64,000 nt of DNA from Lama glama (lineage: Eukaryota). The notes under the pieces are model-generated. The model had not been told where the DNA came from, ran no database searches, and saw only the letters and a program-made list of their open reading frames with translations. The stretch lies in contig CM052817.1 of the NCBI GenBank assembly GCA_028534125.1, positions 12,774,001-12,838,000 on the forward strand, written 5' to 3'. Below are positions 25,590 to 39,445 of this stretch, piece after piece. Made by a program: the position numbers and the translations under genes. How positions within the stretch are numbered: position 1 is the first letter of the stretch; the number at the start of each line of letters is the position of its first letter.

Positions 25590-25990
25590 TTCCCTTTCCT
25601 TTGTCAACTCAAACCTGTCTTTGTCAACCAATTTATGCCAAGGTGGGCTACTCATCTGTGATTCCACAGAATGTTTTAATGATCAAAGTTCAATAGCTGG
25701 TCCTGCATGACAATCAACAACAAATCTTTGTTACTCATATTCCACATTTGGCAGATCATCTCAGACTCTCCGCTTCAAGCTGGCAGTTGAGTTGGGGTCT
25801 GTTTGGCACATCTTCATTCTGGGGTCCTGGCTTTTATCTGAAACAGACACATTCTCATGGCAGAGGGAAGAGTGAGAGACACTCAGTTTCTGTTCAGACA
25901 TGACATGTGACAGATCATCTCATGTTGCATCAGATACAATAAGGGCACCTAACCCAACAGTAAGGAGAGGGTATAAAATCATTTTATGGA
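25590..25990 (-). mobile_element. Old MaLR LTR (MLT1J/K-like)
   Basis: Degenerate motifs gttggggtctgtttggcacatcttcattctggggtcc and attctcatggcagaggg. Confidence 0.45.
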
Positions 25991-26014
25991 GAAGGGGAGA
26001 GTACCCCATTTACT

Positions 26015-26390
26015 TAATAGCTACCATTTACTGAACCTGTATGTGCCTACTGTCACTGTGCAGTATGATTTACTTATTTTATACTGAACAATCATGAGAA
26101 TTCTTTGAAATTATGTAATATCATTTTACAAATGAAAAAACTGAGGGTCTCGAAAAGCCCAAGACTGCATAGCTAATGAGTAAGAAATGTGCTGATTTGC
26201 TTATTCATTCACTCTTTCATCTGCTGTGTGCTATGAACTATTCCAGGTCCCAGAGATACCACGGTGAAAACACAGACATATTCCCATGGAGCTTCTACAT
26301 TAGCAGAAATTTGTACAGAAATTAACTTTGTTAAAAATCAGATTGTTACAGTTACTATGCAGAGAATTAAAACAAGGTAATATTCTAGAC
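26015..26390 (-). mobile_element. MIR fragment followed by L2 3' fragment
   Basis: aatagctaccatttactga...cattttacaaatgaaaaaactgaggg (MIR); ttattcattcac...cccatggagcttctacattagc (L2). Confidence 0.65.
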
Positions 26391-27754
26391 AATTCCCATG
26401 AAAAAGAAAGCTTAGGAATCATATCCAGCCTATCTGGTGCCACAGTTCACCCCATTTTGAATATACAGCTGCCAGTTCCGCCTTGTAACATCTCCTATAT
26501 TACTTTTCAGAACTGTTATTTTTATCAGTTATTATTATTTAGCATTTCATGTTCTGCCCCTCCAACTGGATTGTAATAAAAATACAGAAAGATACCATTT
26601 AATTTAGATATTTGTAATAGTCCATTTTGTTTAATGTATTGCATTCTCCTGATTTGTTATAAGGTAATTTACTAGATAATTCTTAAATAAGCCCATTCTC
26701 TCATACATAATTAAGATATTAAAAGACAACAATACGGTTTTAACTTGCTTTCGTTTTCTGCAGCAGTTAATGTATTACCTGTGACGATGAGACAAATCTC
26801 CATCATGATTGGGTACATGCCTCCCCATGTGGAGAATTCTAACCTTGCTTCCTTGAGGAGATAGCATCTTTAAAAGTGAGCAGATATAGTACGTGCTCTT
26901 AATTAACTTTTCAGCTTTCAAACTTGTATTAACAGATGTGAACGGGCCAATTTCTCATCTGTGCCTTGAAGAATTTTGCAAACATGGAGGAGTGGTACCG
27001 ACTCCTTTTTCCATAATCTGGTGATCTCTTTTCAAAGTTGTAAAAGGGAAAGACTAAGCTAACTCCAGTGTGGCACAGAAGGAAAAATATTTATTTTGGG
27101 GGTTATATTATGTAGCTTCTGATCACGAATACCATTTGTAATGTTGGTTATTTAGTTGACGGAGGATAAATTATTTAATCTCCCTGGATCTTGATTTCCA
27201 TGTATAAAATAGCACTAAGAAGAATAAGGCATTCAGAGCTTAAAGGACTACTGAGTTAAAATAATTTAAAACAGGATCATAGGGAGAAAAGTGCATTTGA
27301 TAATTGTAGTAACAGCACCAGCGTCAGTAGCAGCAGGACCGCGAGTAGTAACCCAAGTCCGTATAATGCTAGTGTTACTGTTGTGAGGCTCCGAGCACGG
27401 TGCCCATCTGAAGAATGGCTGAAAATAAACTCTGCCCTGCTTGCTACCACAGGATGGTGATTCCTTTCAGAGTATTAATATGAACACTAGATGTCCCTTT
27501 GAGGACCATATATCATACATAAATCACATAAAGGTAGATTTTATTTTTTTTCAAAACATAACTTCCCTCTTGCTCACATTTGGAGTAGAACATTTTCTTC
27601 CTGAAGGGTATGCCCACTGCCTGGGTGGAGAATCGCTGTCAGAGTAAACACTGCTACTGATGGAGAATAGCATATCCCCTGTTGAAAGGCACTATTCTGC
27701 ATGTTGCTAAGGGTTCTGTGGTGTAGACAGAAGGAGTGAGCTTCATGGAGGAGG

Positions 27755-27846
27755 CAGGGTTGCCCCAAGATGTTCATTCATTCATTGTTTATCTAAAATT
27801 TACATTTAACTGGGCATCCTCTATTCTCATTTGCTAGATCTGGCTA
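27755..27846. mobile_element. MER53-like hAT MITE fragment
   Basis: cagggttgcc terminus and ttcattgtttatctaaaatttacatttaactgggcatcctctatt...gctagatctggc. Confidence 0.65.
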
Positions 27847-30111
27847 TATTAGAATTAAAGGAAGGAGAGAAATATTATCATACCAGACTTACCCTAGTAG
27901 TACTGGTTTCTCTCAAGTCCTTGCAATGCTTCTTAACATCACAGAATAGACAATGAAGCAATTACCCATGACCGAGAACAGCTGGAAGGAGCTGTATATC
28001 TAATTACAGAGACACGTGTATGTCACGAGCTCCTCTCTCCTGCTGCAACACCAAGTAATCCTTTTTTGGTTAGTCCTACTACAATCACCATAACACATTA
28101 TGAGCAACAGAGACATTTCCAAATCAATGGTAGAAGCAGACCTGCAACAAGATCTTTATCCTTCACTTAGAAATGTGTATTTTCTCCTTCCCTTAGACAC
28201 ACTTAGGAAATCTGATATCAGACATTAAAACTACTTTACTTTGCTCATGATTCTATTCCTGCTGCCTGCTGGGCATATAGAAAATATTGGTAAATGAATG
28301 AGTGAATGAATGATTGATTAAACTATATGCCTTTAGGGTATCAACTAAGAAAATGGCAAGAGCAGAACATTTTCAAGCAAAAAGAACAGATTATCACTAG
28401 ATAGCTCTGTTGCATCATAATACAACCCACACAGCTATTTTTAGTAATTTGAGATTCCTGTGAGCAATAAAAGTGTACTTTTCTAAGAGTTTACTGGTTT
28501 AGAATGGACTTAACACCTAAAAATGTTATAGATTTTTATGTTATAACAAACATAATATTATCCATGAAATATAGTCTCCGTTTTGAATCTCAAACTATTG
28601 GAGTAACATTAACTCAAGGATGAGTTTTTACAAATCCTCATTTACTTGAAAAAAAAAAAAAACTCAGTTCCCTGTACCTCTACCTTGTTGTGGGACCGTC
28701 CTCCAAGCAGATGGATGATCTAGACCTTGTCAGGAGCTTGTTAACCCCCCACCCCCCAAACACACAGCAGGTCAAATCACCCTGGTAGAACACTGATCCA
28801 GAAAGCCTACGTTAATCCCATATACATGGACCCTCCGATTTGTTTGTTCACTCTCACAGATAAAAAATGAACAACCCACATGGCCAGGTATTTCTTCCAG
28901 CTCATCTTTTCCATTCTTAGCTGCTAGATTTTTCCCCACATTTCTGACATCCATTATTCTTAACAGTGAGATATGGTCTAGGTGCTTCATTAGAGAAAAT
29001 CCATCACTCCTTGATTGGTCTGAGTACCACACTAATGATTTTTATTCCTTACTCTCATTTCTACCACTAAACTTTTTACTTACAAAGTTTGCTACCCTCA
29101 TTATTCCTTCCTACATTACCTCCAGTCTTAAATTTATTGGTCAATAAATATAAAGGTTGTAGTTGTATTCTGATGCATGGACTGTCTACATGAACGATTT
29201 CTATCATTACTAGTAGAATTTATCAAAAATTTTCCCAAGATTCACAATATGATATACTATAATTTATTAGCCACATGTGTTATCTTTAAATACAACATTA
29301 ATTTTGGGTAAAGACAACACCACAGTGGAGTGATAATTATCTTGCTCCATGGATAAGATCAGAAGATAATTTAGAAAAGTACTTGTAAAACCTGTCTGTC
29401 TGCAAAACAGAAGAAAATGTGCAGATCATAGCCCAAAGAATTCAGGGTTCACAATATTAAAACTATTGTAATTAAATGGAACTTAGGGGGAAAAAAATCT
29501 ACAAAAATACTTTCAAACAAAGAGAACACAGATTATTGTTAGGCAAGTGTTTTTCAGTGGCAATTCAGCTCACTACAGTCAATGTTATATACTATATACG
29601 TATCCAAAAGTGTAAAATAAATACCATACTTATATACATTTGGACTGAAAAATAGATTCAGCTCTGCATAAAATTGTGAAACATGCAGTGATATGTTTTA
29701 CTGACTATGTGAATGTCAACTGCTTTCATTTCTCAGTGTATTCTACTAACAATAACTTTACAATTTCTAACAGCAGCACTGTTGTTAAGGTGTCAAAGGG
29801 GTCACACAAAGAAACAGCAATATACCTAACAATGGTTTCCAGTTCAGATGCATGGCTTATTTCCTTCAAGAAATCCATTTGCTAGTACCTGACATGGTTT
29901 CTTTTTAGAAATTTTAAATATGATTCTTTCAAACTATAATCCATAAGCACGGACTGAGTTTTCACTGTTCTTTTTATCCCCTTTAGCTGCTGTCCCAGGG
30001 GCTTGCCCATAGTAGGCATTTAATCATTTGCTGAATCGCTAACACTGAGGCTGTTTTCTTAGCTTAATCATGGGTTGTGGAGGAACTAAGGAATATCAAT
30101 CAAATCCTACT

Positions 30112-30516
30112 TTATTAGTTTGCTAGGGCTGTCATAACAAAATGCCACGAACTAAATGGCTTAAACTACAGAGATTGATTGTCTCACAGTTCTGGAGGAC
30201 AGAAGTCTATAATCAAGGTGTCAGCAGGGTTGGTTCTTCATGAGCGCACGAAGGACAGGACCATTCCGTCTCTCCTTGGCTTGTAGATAGTCACCTTCTC
30301 TCTAAGTCTCTTCACATCGTCTTCCCTCTCATGTGTGTTTGTCTCCAATTTCCCCTTTAATAAGGACACTGGTCCTAACAGATTAGGGCCCACCCCATCC
30401 TTTTACTTTGATCACCTCTCTACAGACTCTGTCTTCAAATACAATCACACTCAGAACCTCTAGGAGTTAGGACTTCAATATTTGGATTTGAGGGAAACAC
30501 AATTAAATCCATAACA
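30112..30516 (-). mobile_element. MaLR LTR (MLT1A/B-like); 3' LTR of a provirus
   Basis: tattagtttgctagggctgtcataacaaaatgccac...tctcacagttctggagg...aatcaaggtgtcagcagggttggttc...cacaattaaatccataaca. Confidence 0.9.
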
Positions 30517-30887
30517 GTTTGACTTCTGTTTCCTCCCCAAATTCATGTCCTTCTCATGTGCAAAATACATTCACTTTATTCTAACATCCCCCAAAGTCTT
30601 TACCCATTCCAGCATCATCTCTAAGTCCAAAATCTTATCTAAACATCATCTAATTCAATTATGTGTGAAACTTAAGGTGTGACTCATTCTGGGGAAAAAT
30701 TTCTTTTCATCAGAAACTTGTGAAATCAGCCAAGTTATATGCTTTTAAAGTACACTAACTTAGGACAGACTTCCCATTCCAAAAGAGAAAAATCAGAGAA
30801 AGAAAAGGATCACAGACTCCAAGTAAATCTGAAAACTGGCAGAGCAAATTCCATCAGATTTTAAGGCTTGAAAATAATTCTCCTTGG
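30517..30887 (-). mobile_element. MaLR internal region (MLT1-int), truncated by assembly gap
   Basis: Directly abuts the LTR. A purine-rich tract lies on the element strand (reverse complement of gtttgacttctgtttcctcccc). aattcatgtccttctcatgtgcaaaatacattcac...cccaaagtcttt...ccattccaaaag are MaLR-int motifs. Confidence 0.8.
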
Positions 30888-31387
30888 NNNNNNNNNNNNN
30901 NNNNNNNNNNNNNNNNNNNNNNNNNNNNNNNNNNNNNNNNNNNNNNNNNNNNNNNNNNNNNNNNNNNNNNNNNNNNNNNNNNNNNNNNNNNNNNNNNNNN
31001 NNNNNNNNNNNNNNNNNNNNNNNNNNNNNNNNNNNNNNNNNNNNNNNNNNNNNNNNNNNNNNNNNNNNNNNNNNNNNNNNNNNNNNNNNNNNNNNNNNNN
31101 NNNNNNNNNNNNNNNNNNNNNNNNNNNNNNNNNNNNNNNNNNNNNNNNNNNNNNNNNNNNNNNNNNNNNNNNNNNNNNNNNNNNNNNNNNNNNNNNNNNN
31201 NNNNNNNNNNNNNNNNNNNNNNNNNNNNNNNNNNNNNNNNNNNNNNNNNNNNNNNNNNNNNNNNNNNNNNNNNNNNNNNNNNNNNNNNNNNNNNNNNNNN
31301 NNNNNNNNNNNNNNNNNNNNNNNNNNNNNNNNNNNNNNNNNNNNNNNNNNNNNNNNNNNNNNNNNNNNNNNNNNNNNNNNNNNNNNN
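30888..31387. other. Assembly gap, exactly 500 N
   Basis: Seen directly. Confidence 1.
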
Positions 31388-32599
31388 TTTTGGAAACAAA
31401 TAAAGTGGGAAAGATGGATAGAGTGTGTAATGTGGGTGCAATCTTTTAAAGAAAGATCAAGAATAGCCTCAATAAGCAGAGACTTGCACTAGAGGAATGA
31501 TGCCTCACTTGAAGAAACTGGGGCTAAGAAAAATGGTTTCATTTATTTATATACTTGTGTATTCATGCCTTTCCTTTGTTTGAAATTGATTTTAGGTGGC
31601 TTAAAAACAGATGTAAAATATAGCCAGAGAAGGTAAAAAGGCAGGGGAAAATAATGTAGGAAAACAAACAAACAAAAACATTATTTAGGTTTACGTACAA
31701 AATTTACTTTCCATCTGCAAAATATTGTCTTTGAGCTTTCTACTAGCCAATGCAAAGAGAAACTAATCAATTACAAAATTAAAATAAATCCATAACACTA
31801 CTTGATAACCAATAATCAGGGGAGCTGAACTATTGCTGGTATTGTGATTATAGAAGAAATTTTGAACAAGACAATCAACAATATCCTTATAGTAAATACA
31901 GCAGTGGATTTCCTAGCCTCATTTATTATAATGTCCCTCCAATGTAAACAAAAAGCCAAATGCTAAAGTGCAATTCCGTTAATAATACTCCACAAAGGCT
32001 AAAATGACACAGTCTAGTTACCCATCTCTCTGAGGACTTGGCAACAGAGATTTTAGACTATCTCAAGAAACGAAGAAAGGAATTTTCTTCAAAAAATACT
32101 CAGCTAAAGAAACTCTATCATATATCATTAATGCTGCTATTCTAGGAGGAATATGATTATAAAATTTTATAAAATCTAAGGAGTGTAACAAAGATGCTTT
32201 CTGAAAGTTTGTCAACTGCATTGACACATAGAGGTAAATCAGCTTACAAAGTTGTACACAGCAAGGGCATGGAAACGGCAGGGTTTACACCTTGGTATGT
32301 CTGACTCTTACTTTTCCTTCCCAATTAAATGTACATGCCTGTCTTCATTTAAAATTATGTTTAAATGGTATTTATTTTTATTATATTGGTGGTTGATGCA
32401 CAGGGAATAAACACGATATGCAATATTATATAATACAATAAATAATATATAAATAAAATGAATGAATTCATAAAATAAATAAGAAGAAATAAAATAGAAT
32501 TGATAATTCTACATCAAAATTACGTGTTACAACTCCGTAAGAATCTTATTTTACCTGTTAGGCAAAATAATTTTAAACTTATTTAGAATACTTCGAATC

Positions 32600-32890
32600 A
32601 GAGAAGCCAATAATAGTATGAAAGGTAAAAGTATAAGGGGGCATATACTAAATATTCTAAAGCACTGTGATCATAACACAATGATATTGATACAAAAAGA
32701 ACATATAGATCAGTGGAAAAGAGTAGTCTAAGAATAGATTGAAATATACATATAAATAAACTTGATAAAGGTCAAATATTGTCATTTCAATTCAATGGAA
32801 AAATAATAATTTACTTAATAAATGCTGTTAGAATATTGTAATTTACATTAGTAGAATAAGAAAAAAATCCTTACTTGTTTCTTATACAAG
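32600..32890 (+). mobile_element. Highly degraded old L1 ORF2 fragment
   Basis: acaatgatattgatacaaaaagaacatatagatcagtggaaaag...cttgataaagg...aataaatgctgttag is collinear with the ORF2 WYW..DQWN..DK..NKWCW region. Confidence 0.6.
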
Positions 32891-35800
32891 CTACAGATGG
32901 GGTAGGGACTTGATTTTAAGTGAAGGAAATAGGGTTTCAGAAATCCTGCTGACTTCAGGCCTACTGGAAAGGCTTCCTGTTTTGCTATATCTGGCTCAGT
33001 GAGGTAAGAAACTGACAAGAGAAACCTTCCCACCAACAATGTGCCTCATTCTCATTGTAACGTTTTAATGTAAAGTCAGAGGGTTATGGGTGAGAGAGAT
33101 ATAAACACATACGCTCAGTCTACCATTTTAAACTGGAACCTTCTCATTCTACTGCCTTCTTGGAGGGCCCGTGAACATGAGTGATATTGTACTGTAAGGG
33201 ATCCCATCCAGTGCAAAACAAGAGTTCTCTCCCTGGAATTACTGGGTGGTATCAATGCAGTTTCATATTTAATATTTCAAATGATGATTTGTTCACCACA
33301 ATCTTGAGAGACTTGTTCCATTGTTAAGAAATTCTAATTTTTAGGTGGTATTTTTACACTAGTTATTCAGACTTCTTGCTATTGTTTCTAGATTCTCCCC
33401 CAGATTTTTATTCATATCTTGTATATTTAATCTTTCTCAGACTATGTCTGTTATAAAGAATGAGAAAGGGATCTTTTTGTTTTACTCTCTAAATGGTTAC
33501 CTTGTTGTTTATTTTCCTAAGTTTTCCAGAAGTAAATGATCTCTATAGTGATCATATCCGCTCTGCTGCAATTCTTATTCTTGGTCCATTTGTCTTGTCT
33601 AATTGCGTTGGCCAGTAATATGGCAAATAATTCATCAGCAACGTAAAACACAAGATTCCTTCAAGCATGAGACACTGTTGACTTTAAAATATATCATGAA
33701 TTTACCTACTACTAAGATAGAAAAACTTATGTCAGTAAAACTGTGACAGATTATTTAGACACCATTTATTTCAAGGCACATTTCACATTAAAAACGTGAA
33801 CAGGTTTAAAATGTGCATATTAGAACAGAATAGAATGGATGCTGGTCATAGTGGGCATTATGATTATTTCATTTTTTGGACTTTGAAAAGATTATGTCCA
33901 GTGTTTCAAGTAGTATGACGTTTGTTTTTTGGCTCAGTTATGACTGTATATGTGAGTGTGTGTGTGAATGTATACACATGCATATTTTTTTAAGAATTCA
34001 CTGACTACTATGTTATTGCATGTTTTACCTAAAACAGATACTCAATTTCTTCTCAGCATTTATGAAAATTATCATATGATCTTTTTCTTTTATTTATTTC
34101 AGTGATTACATTTTTTTCTAGAATCTCTGCTAGGTTCTTTACACCCCCCTCAAAAAAATCAATCTCTTCTTTTAAAAAATTATACATTGTTATTACTTTA
34201 GGAATATGTTAGTACTTTAGCTTCTTTTACAATTCTAATGTATTTATTTTAAAATTCAGTTCAGAGTGCCCATTTATCTTTAGTTCTGCAAACATGAATT
34301 CTTCCACTTGGAATAAGATGACAATCTCTGGTTGTGGATTTTCTTGGATGCAGAGTTATTCTGTCTGTTATTGCATTAAGTGGAGATTGTCTCTCATGAG
34401 AATCCCATGTTTTCCCCAGCTTTTGGAGACATCCTTAAGAAATGTTTTTTAATATCTCTACAAAATCTTTACAGGCATTTCTATTTTCAGGCCAGTTTTA
34501 GATTAGTTTCCAAGCTTGAGGTTTTCACACTGCATGAATGATTTGAGGTTCCATACACATATGTGGTTTTGCTGGGTGTTCTGACTTCTCCTCAGGATGG
34601 TTTCCATTAGTGGCTCAGGGGTAAGGCTTACTACCAGGCCAGAATCCTAGGCTGGTGAGTGGGGATTTTTGGATTCCAAAGAGGGAATAACATCCTCTTA
34701 GATTTGAGGACCATGGAAGGATTCCACATCAAATTCCATACATATGTGAAGCTGGGTCCTCAACACTCAAGCTTGCTTTATTATGAACATTGAATAAGGT
34801 ATAGCCAGGGTTAGCAACTAGCCAGTACACAGTACCAGTTTTTAAAATACTAAAACAGTCCCGTATCTTTAGCCATCCTAATCTTCTCAGTTCCTTCATT
34901 GGAAAATCCTCTTGGGTCTCCACACTATGGTGTTGGAAATAAACCAGTCTCCAAGACTTAACTCTAAGAGTAAGCCCAGCTTCTGATTTGATGCTATACC
35001 AATTGTGAATATTTGCTATATTCTAAGTATGATCGACCAAAAGTCCTCACTAATATTATGATTTCTATTCCACTTCCATGTCAAGTATAGATTCCCTTTT
35101 ATTTTCTAGTCTCTAATCTCCTTTTTGTCTTCAAGATTCTACAATTATCTTTAGATCCTTTCAAATAAACAAGTCTGTGTTCATGAATTATTTGAAATAT
35201 GGCTTCCATACTCAGCATTGCATATGAAACTTAAAAATTCTAGTTAAAATATAAATACTTTCAAATTTTTGTTCATTGGCCAGAAACAGCATTACAATTT
35301 GAGGAAGCAGTCTGGATACTTTTTAAATCTCATTTTCTATAAACAAGGAAGTTTCATTACTTTAGTAACTCATAATATCACATCTGAAAGGGACAATGTG
35401 ATTCTGAAGCATTGTCAATGTCAAACCCAATTCAGACAATTTTTATGGGAAGTCTATTCCATACACTACATTCACAATACAAATGCATCAATTCATTGCT
35501 ATCTTTCCTCATTCTAATTTAAGAATTATAGAAAGAATTAATTACATTGCTATTTCTGCTCTTCATTTGTGTATTTTCTTATAATTCCTTATTAATTAAG
35601 CAGTACAGTAACTGTGTCATAATGTAGGCAGTAATTAATTTTAGTCTGCTATCTGGGAGACCTCTGCATTCTCTTGCTTTCTGTGGGATGGTGAAAATAG
35701 CTGGTAGCAATTTTTTCAATTTCCTATGACCTTCCTTATAACTTCTGACTCTCCATCAAGTTGTCAGAGTAATATAAAATCTTATCTTTTCAGTTTGCCT

Positions 35801-35900
35801 ACATTTTCAGGGAAAGCCTTTGCTTAGAGCGCATAGCCCATGTTAATATTTATTTTGGTCATAAATATATGTTTTCATTGTTGCTTTGTTGTTGCTCATA

Positions 35901-35937
35901 TGTGTGTGTGTGTGTGTGTGTGTGTCTGTGGTGTGTG
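35901..35937. repeat. (TG)n microsatellite
   Basis: Seen directly: about 12 pure TG units, then interrupted. Confidence 0.95.
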
Positions 35938-36189
35938 AAGGCAGAACCGTACAAAGTTACAGAATTACATATGTTGACTATAACAACTGCCTTAACCTTT
36001 ATCTATACAACAGAATAAAATCAAAGGGTTAAATGAATTTGTTTGTGTTTTTAGTAACTTGGAGAAATATACCTTTGTAAGATATGTAATGACTAGAATA
36101 ACCAACAAACTAGCACTGCTGTCTTCACATGGTTCTGGCACTACTAGTGCCTTTTGGAAAGTTATGCCATAAATCAGAAAAAAATACCA

Positions 36190-36420
36190 GGTTTTATTGA
36201 GCATCTAATATCCTGGCACTCCAAGAAACTTAATCTAAATTTTATCACACTCTTCAGAACAACAAATTAGGAACTAATATGACAATTTTACAGATAAGGA
36301 AACTAAGAATCCAAAAGATTAAATAACTTACTCAAGGTGATATAATTTGCATTTGGCTACATCAGGATTTAAGCCCAGGGTAGTAGGACTCTAAAATGTG
36401 TCCTCTTTCCATTACACAAA
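36190..36420 (-). mobile_element. MIR SINE
   Basis: ttattgagcatc...ttttacagataaggaaactaag...aaataacttactcaaggt...ggatttaagcccagg. Confidence 0.8.
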
Positions 36421-37379
36421 ACTGATTATAAACTAGGTATCAGAAAACCTACTTATTTCCAAGCACGTTCCACTTTAATGAGAAATCTTTGGCCTTTACA
36501 TTGCTTTTTTTCTGGAGGAATATTCTCATCTCCTTCATTACCTGCTCAATATTCTATTGAGAATGGTAAATCAAGCCATTTGACTTGGGACAAAATAACC
36601 ACATATTATTCCCATGATCCACTAATTTCAATGGAGTGTGGATCAGGTTTTCAAATTTTCCACATAAATCATTCTATCTTGGCACGTACCTCCTGCCTAA
36701 ACTGATTGGACAGGCTCTTTCCGGCAAGATTCTGATTACAACATTTTCCCTATGGCCCTCGGTTTCCAACTTTTTTGACATGTTTTCTTTAATTTGGTCA
36801 TAATGTCTTGGAATCTACGCTGACTCATTATGACTGACACTCTTTCCCCTATGGACTGCTTTTCTTCTGTACAATTGTAACTTGCCATCTATTTAAGAGC
36901 TCTTAACCCACTGTTATTTAAGTTTAGATCGCCTATGTGAATTAAACTATTGGAACAAGAATGATACATTCACATGCTCCCTCCACCAGACAACATTGGC
37001 TGTGTCTGAATTCACCAATCCTGATTATTTAAATGTTTTGCTGCTTCAGAAAAATAACAAAGTGCAAAATCACCTCTATTACTGAATACTGCATTTATTT
37101 TTTTCGTTCACCACACATGTACTGAGCACCTACTGAATGCTGGATATTATGCTAGAATCAAGGCATACAAAGACATGGTTTTTGTCCTCAAGAAACTGAA
37201 TTCTAGTGGAAGAGACAAGTAAATTCAGATTGAACTATAAGATATATTAAACACCAAAATACCATCGCAACATCATTGCCCTCCAGGCCCCCTTTTCCCT
37301 CTTCATGCGTTCCTTCTCAGTTTCTTTTGCTGGCTCAGCTCCTTTTGTCTTTCCTGGAACTTCTGTATGACTCAGGGCT

Positions 37380-38460
37380 CCTCCCTCAGCCAGATCTCTC
37401 CTCACCCTTCACACTCCCTTTGAGGGCTCATTTCCACCCTTGTCTCTTTACAGATGAATTCCAAATGATGTTTTCTTGGCACCTGCACCTTGATGTCCCA
37501 TAGACTTCTCAAATGGAAGACCAAAATGGAGCTCATCATCCTTCCACAAAACCTGCTCCCCAGTGATATGACCAATTTTGGTGACTGGGGCCATCTCTTC
37601 CGGTTTCATCCACCTTAGTAACTAGTATTTAAGCCAACTCAGAAACCATCCTTGATGCCTTCCTGTCTCTAGCAACCAACATCCAGTCACCAAGTCCTAC
37701 CAACTATACTTGCTGAACTTCGAGAATCCATTCTCTTGCCTTATTTTAGAAGAGTCATCATCATCTTGTGATCAGACCCCTACAACAACCAAAATAGTCT
37801 TTCTTCTTTCCCCTCTTCAATCCATAATCTATACTATTAATAGAGTAATATTTAAAACTCCAAATTAAGTAACATTTCTACTTAAAACCCTTCAATGGTA
37901 TCTCATCACCCTTTTATCTAAACTGAACTCAAATTTGACAGAGTTTTCGATTATCTGGCCTTGGATTACCTGTCCAGCACTCAGTGGTCCTGAGAATGGT
38001 CCACCATTCTTAATCTTTCTATCCCACAAAAAACATGGAACTTATTTTAATTCCTTTTTTTCCCTCCAGACCATAATTCATGTTATTTTTTGTGCTAAAA
38101 CATTCTCCCCTCTCTCCCATTTTACTGCCCCTTTTGACTAAACAAATTTTAACCTTTAGTTTTCAGTTTCAATGTTTTTGATATCTTTCAGGAAATGTTT
38201 GATCTTCCAATACTGTCTAAATTACCATCCTACAGATTCTGATAGCACTCCATTCTTACATTTAGGGACAGCACTAAAAATAGTGCATTATTGTTGTCAC
38301 TTCTCTCTTTTCCCTAGCAGATTTTAACTGGTACAAGACAGAAATTGTGTTCCTATTCATTCTTTATTTCTGGAAAATTTTTATTAAGATGGCAAGCATT
38401 CTGATAACAAATGTTGAGGAAACAAATGGATATATAGACGGACAGATGATTGGATGGATG
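37380..38460 (+). mobile_element. Degraded L2 LINE
   Basis: gagctcatcatcc...atccttgatgccttcc...atccagtcaccaagtcct...cttaaaacccttcaatgg, ending in a tggatggatgg-type tail. Confidence 0.7.
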
Positions 38461-38537
38461 GTGAATCTTCTTCCTGAGCAGGAGAGTTGAGAAAAAAGGA
38501 TCAACAATTAAAGTGTGTCTTGAAGAATGACAGTGTT

Positions 38538-38650
38538 GGGGTGGGTGGTAATAGCTCAGTGATAGAGCACATGCTTAGCATGCATGAGGTCCTGGGTTCA
38601 ACCTCCAGTACCTCTATAAAAAAATAATAAAAATAAAATAAAATCTATTT
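38538..38650 (+). mobile_element. tRNA-Ala-derived SINE (camelid vic-1 type)
   Basis: tagctcagtgatagagcacatgcttagcatgcatgaggtcctgggttcaacctccagtacctc plus an A-rich tail. Degenerate TSD aagaatgaca / aagattgaca. Confidence 0.88.
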
Positions 38651-39299
38651 CAAGAAAAGATTGACAAGTTTCCTAAGGTAAAAGGGAGAGAAGGCTTGTC
38701 AGCAAGAAATTAGCAAAAGGCCTGGCAGTGAGTGAATGATATACTTCATTAAGAATGAAATTTCTGTACTTCTGAAGCTTTTTTACTTTACTCTTTTAAG
38801 TAATAGAAAAAACTGTGTGATCAGTTAATGAATGATCTTAAATATATCAATAAGGTTAGACTTTGTCTTAACAGGATATATAGTAAATATAGAGAGGCAT
38901 CATTGTTATTTAAAAATAATAATATTTATTAAGCATTTACCATATGTCAGGCCCTCTTCTAAGTGTTTTAGATGTTAATCCATTTAACACCACCAGATTC
39001 CCAAGTTTCAGCACACAATAGGCAAGACCTGGGGGTAAGTCTGCCACTTGACATAGACAATAAAGAGATGCATTATCTACTGCATATTTTAAAACAATTA
39101 TATAAAACAGACTTTGATTATCATCATGAGTTGGCAATTATAAATAATTCCAATGATAAAATACTATTTCCTGGAAGCTATCATTTGTTGTTTTTAAATC
39201 CTATAATTGCTGGTTACTGTGATTTTGAGTAGCTTCCATTATTTCATATGATCATGTGAAATTTTATTTAATTTAAAATGTAAAACAATCAAACACATT

Positions 39300-39445
39300 G
39301 AAGGAGGGTTTAGCTCAGTGGCAGAGCGCGTGCTTAGCATGCACAAGGTCCTGGGTTCAATCCCCAGTACATCTATTAAAATAAATAAATATATAAACCT
39401 ATTTACCTCCCTCCCAAAAAAAAGAATAAATATTTTTTTTTTAAA
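39300..39445 (+). mobile_element. tRNA-Ala-derived SINE (camelid vic-1 type)
   Basis: ggagggtttagctcagtggcagagcgcgtgcttagcatgcacaaggtcctgggttcaatccccagtac plus tail aaataaataaa...cctatttacctccctccc-A. TSD core aatcaaaca at 39287-39295 and 39446-39454. Confidence 0.9.

Noticed and set aside
27945..28170. About 75 open codons after a possible acceptor (IDNEAITHDREQLEGAVYLITETR...)
   Set aside because: Weak polypyrimidine tract and donors and no recognisable protein. Open frames of this length occur by chance in 64 kb.
30854..31492. Three long ORFs of 193-202 aa
   Set aside because: Artefacts of translating the 500-N gap.
39303..39375. Apparent tRNA-Ala(AGC) gene (also at 38545-38615)
   Set aside because: Imperfect acceptor stem, A-rich tail and flanking TSD identify them as SINE copies.
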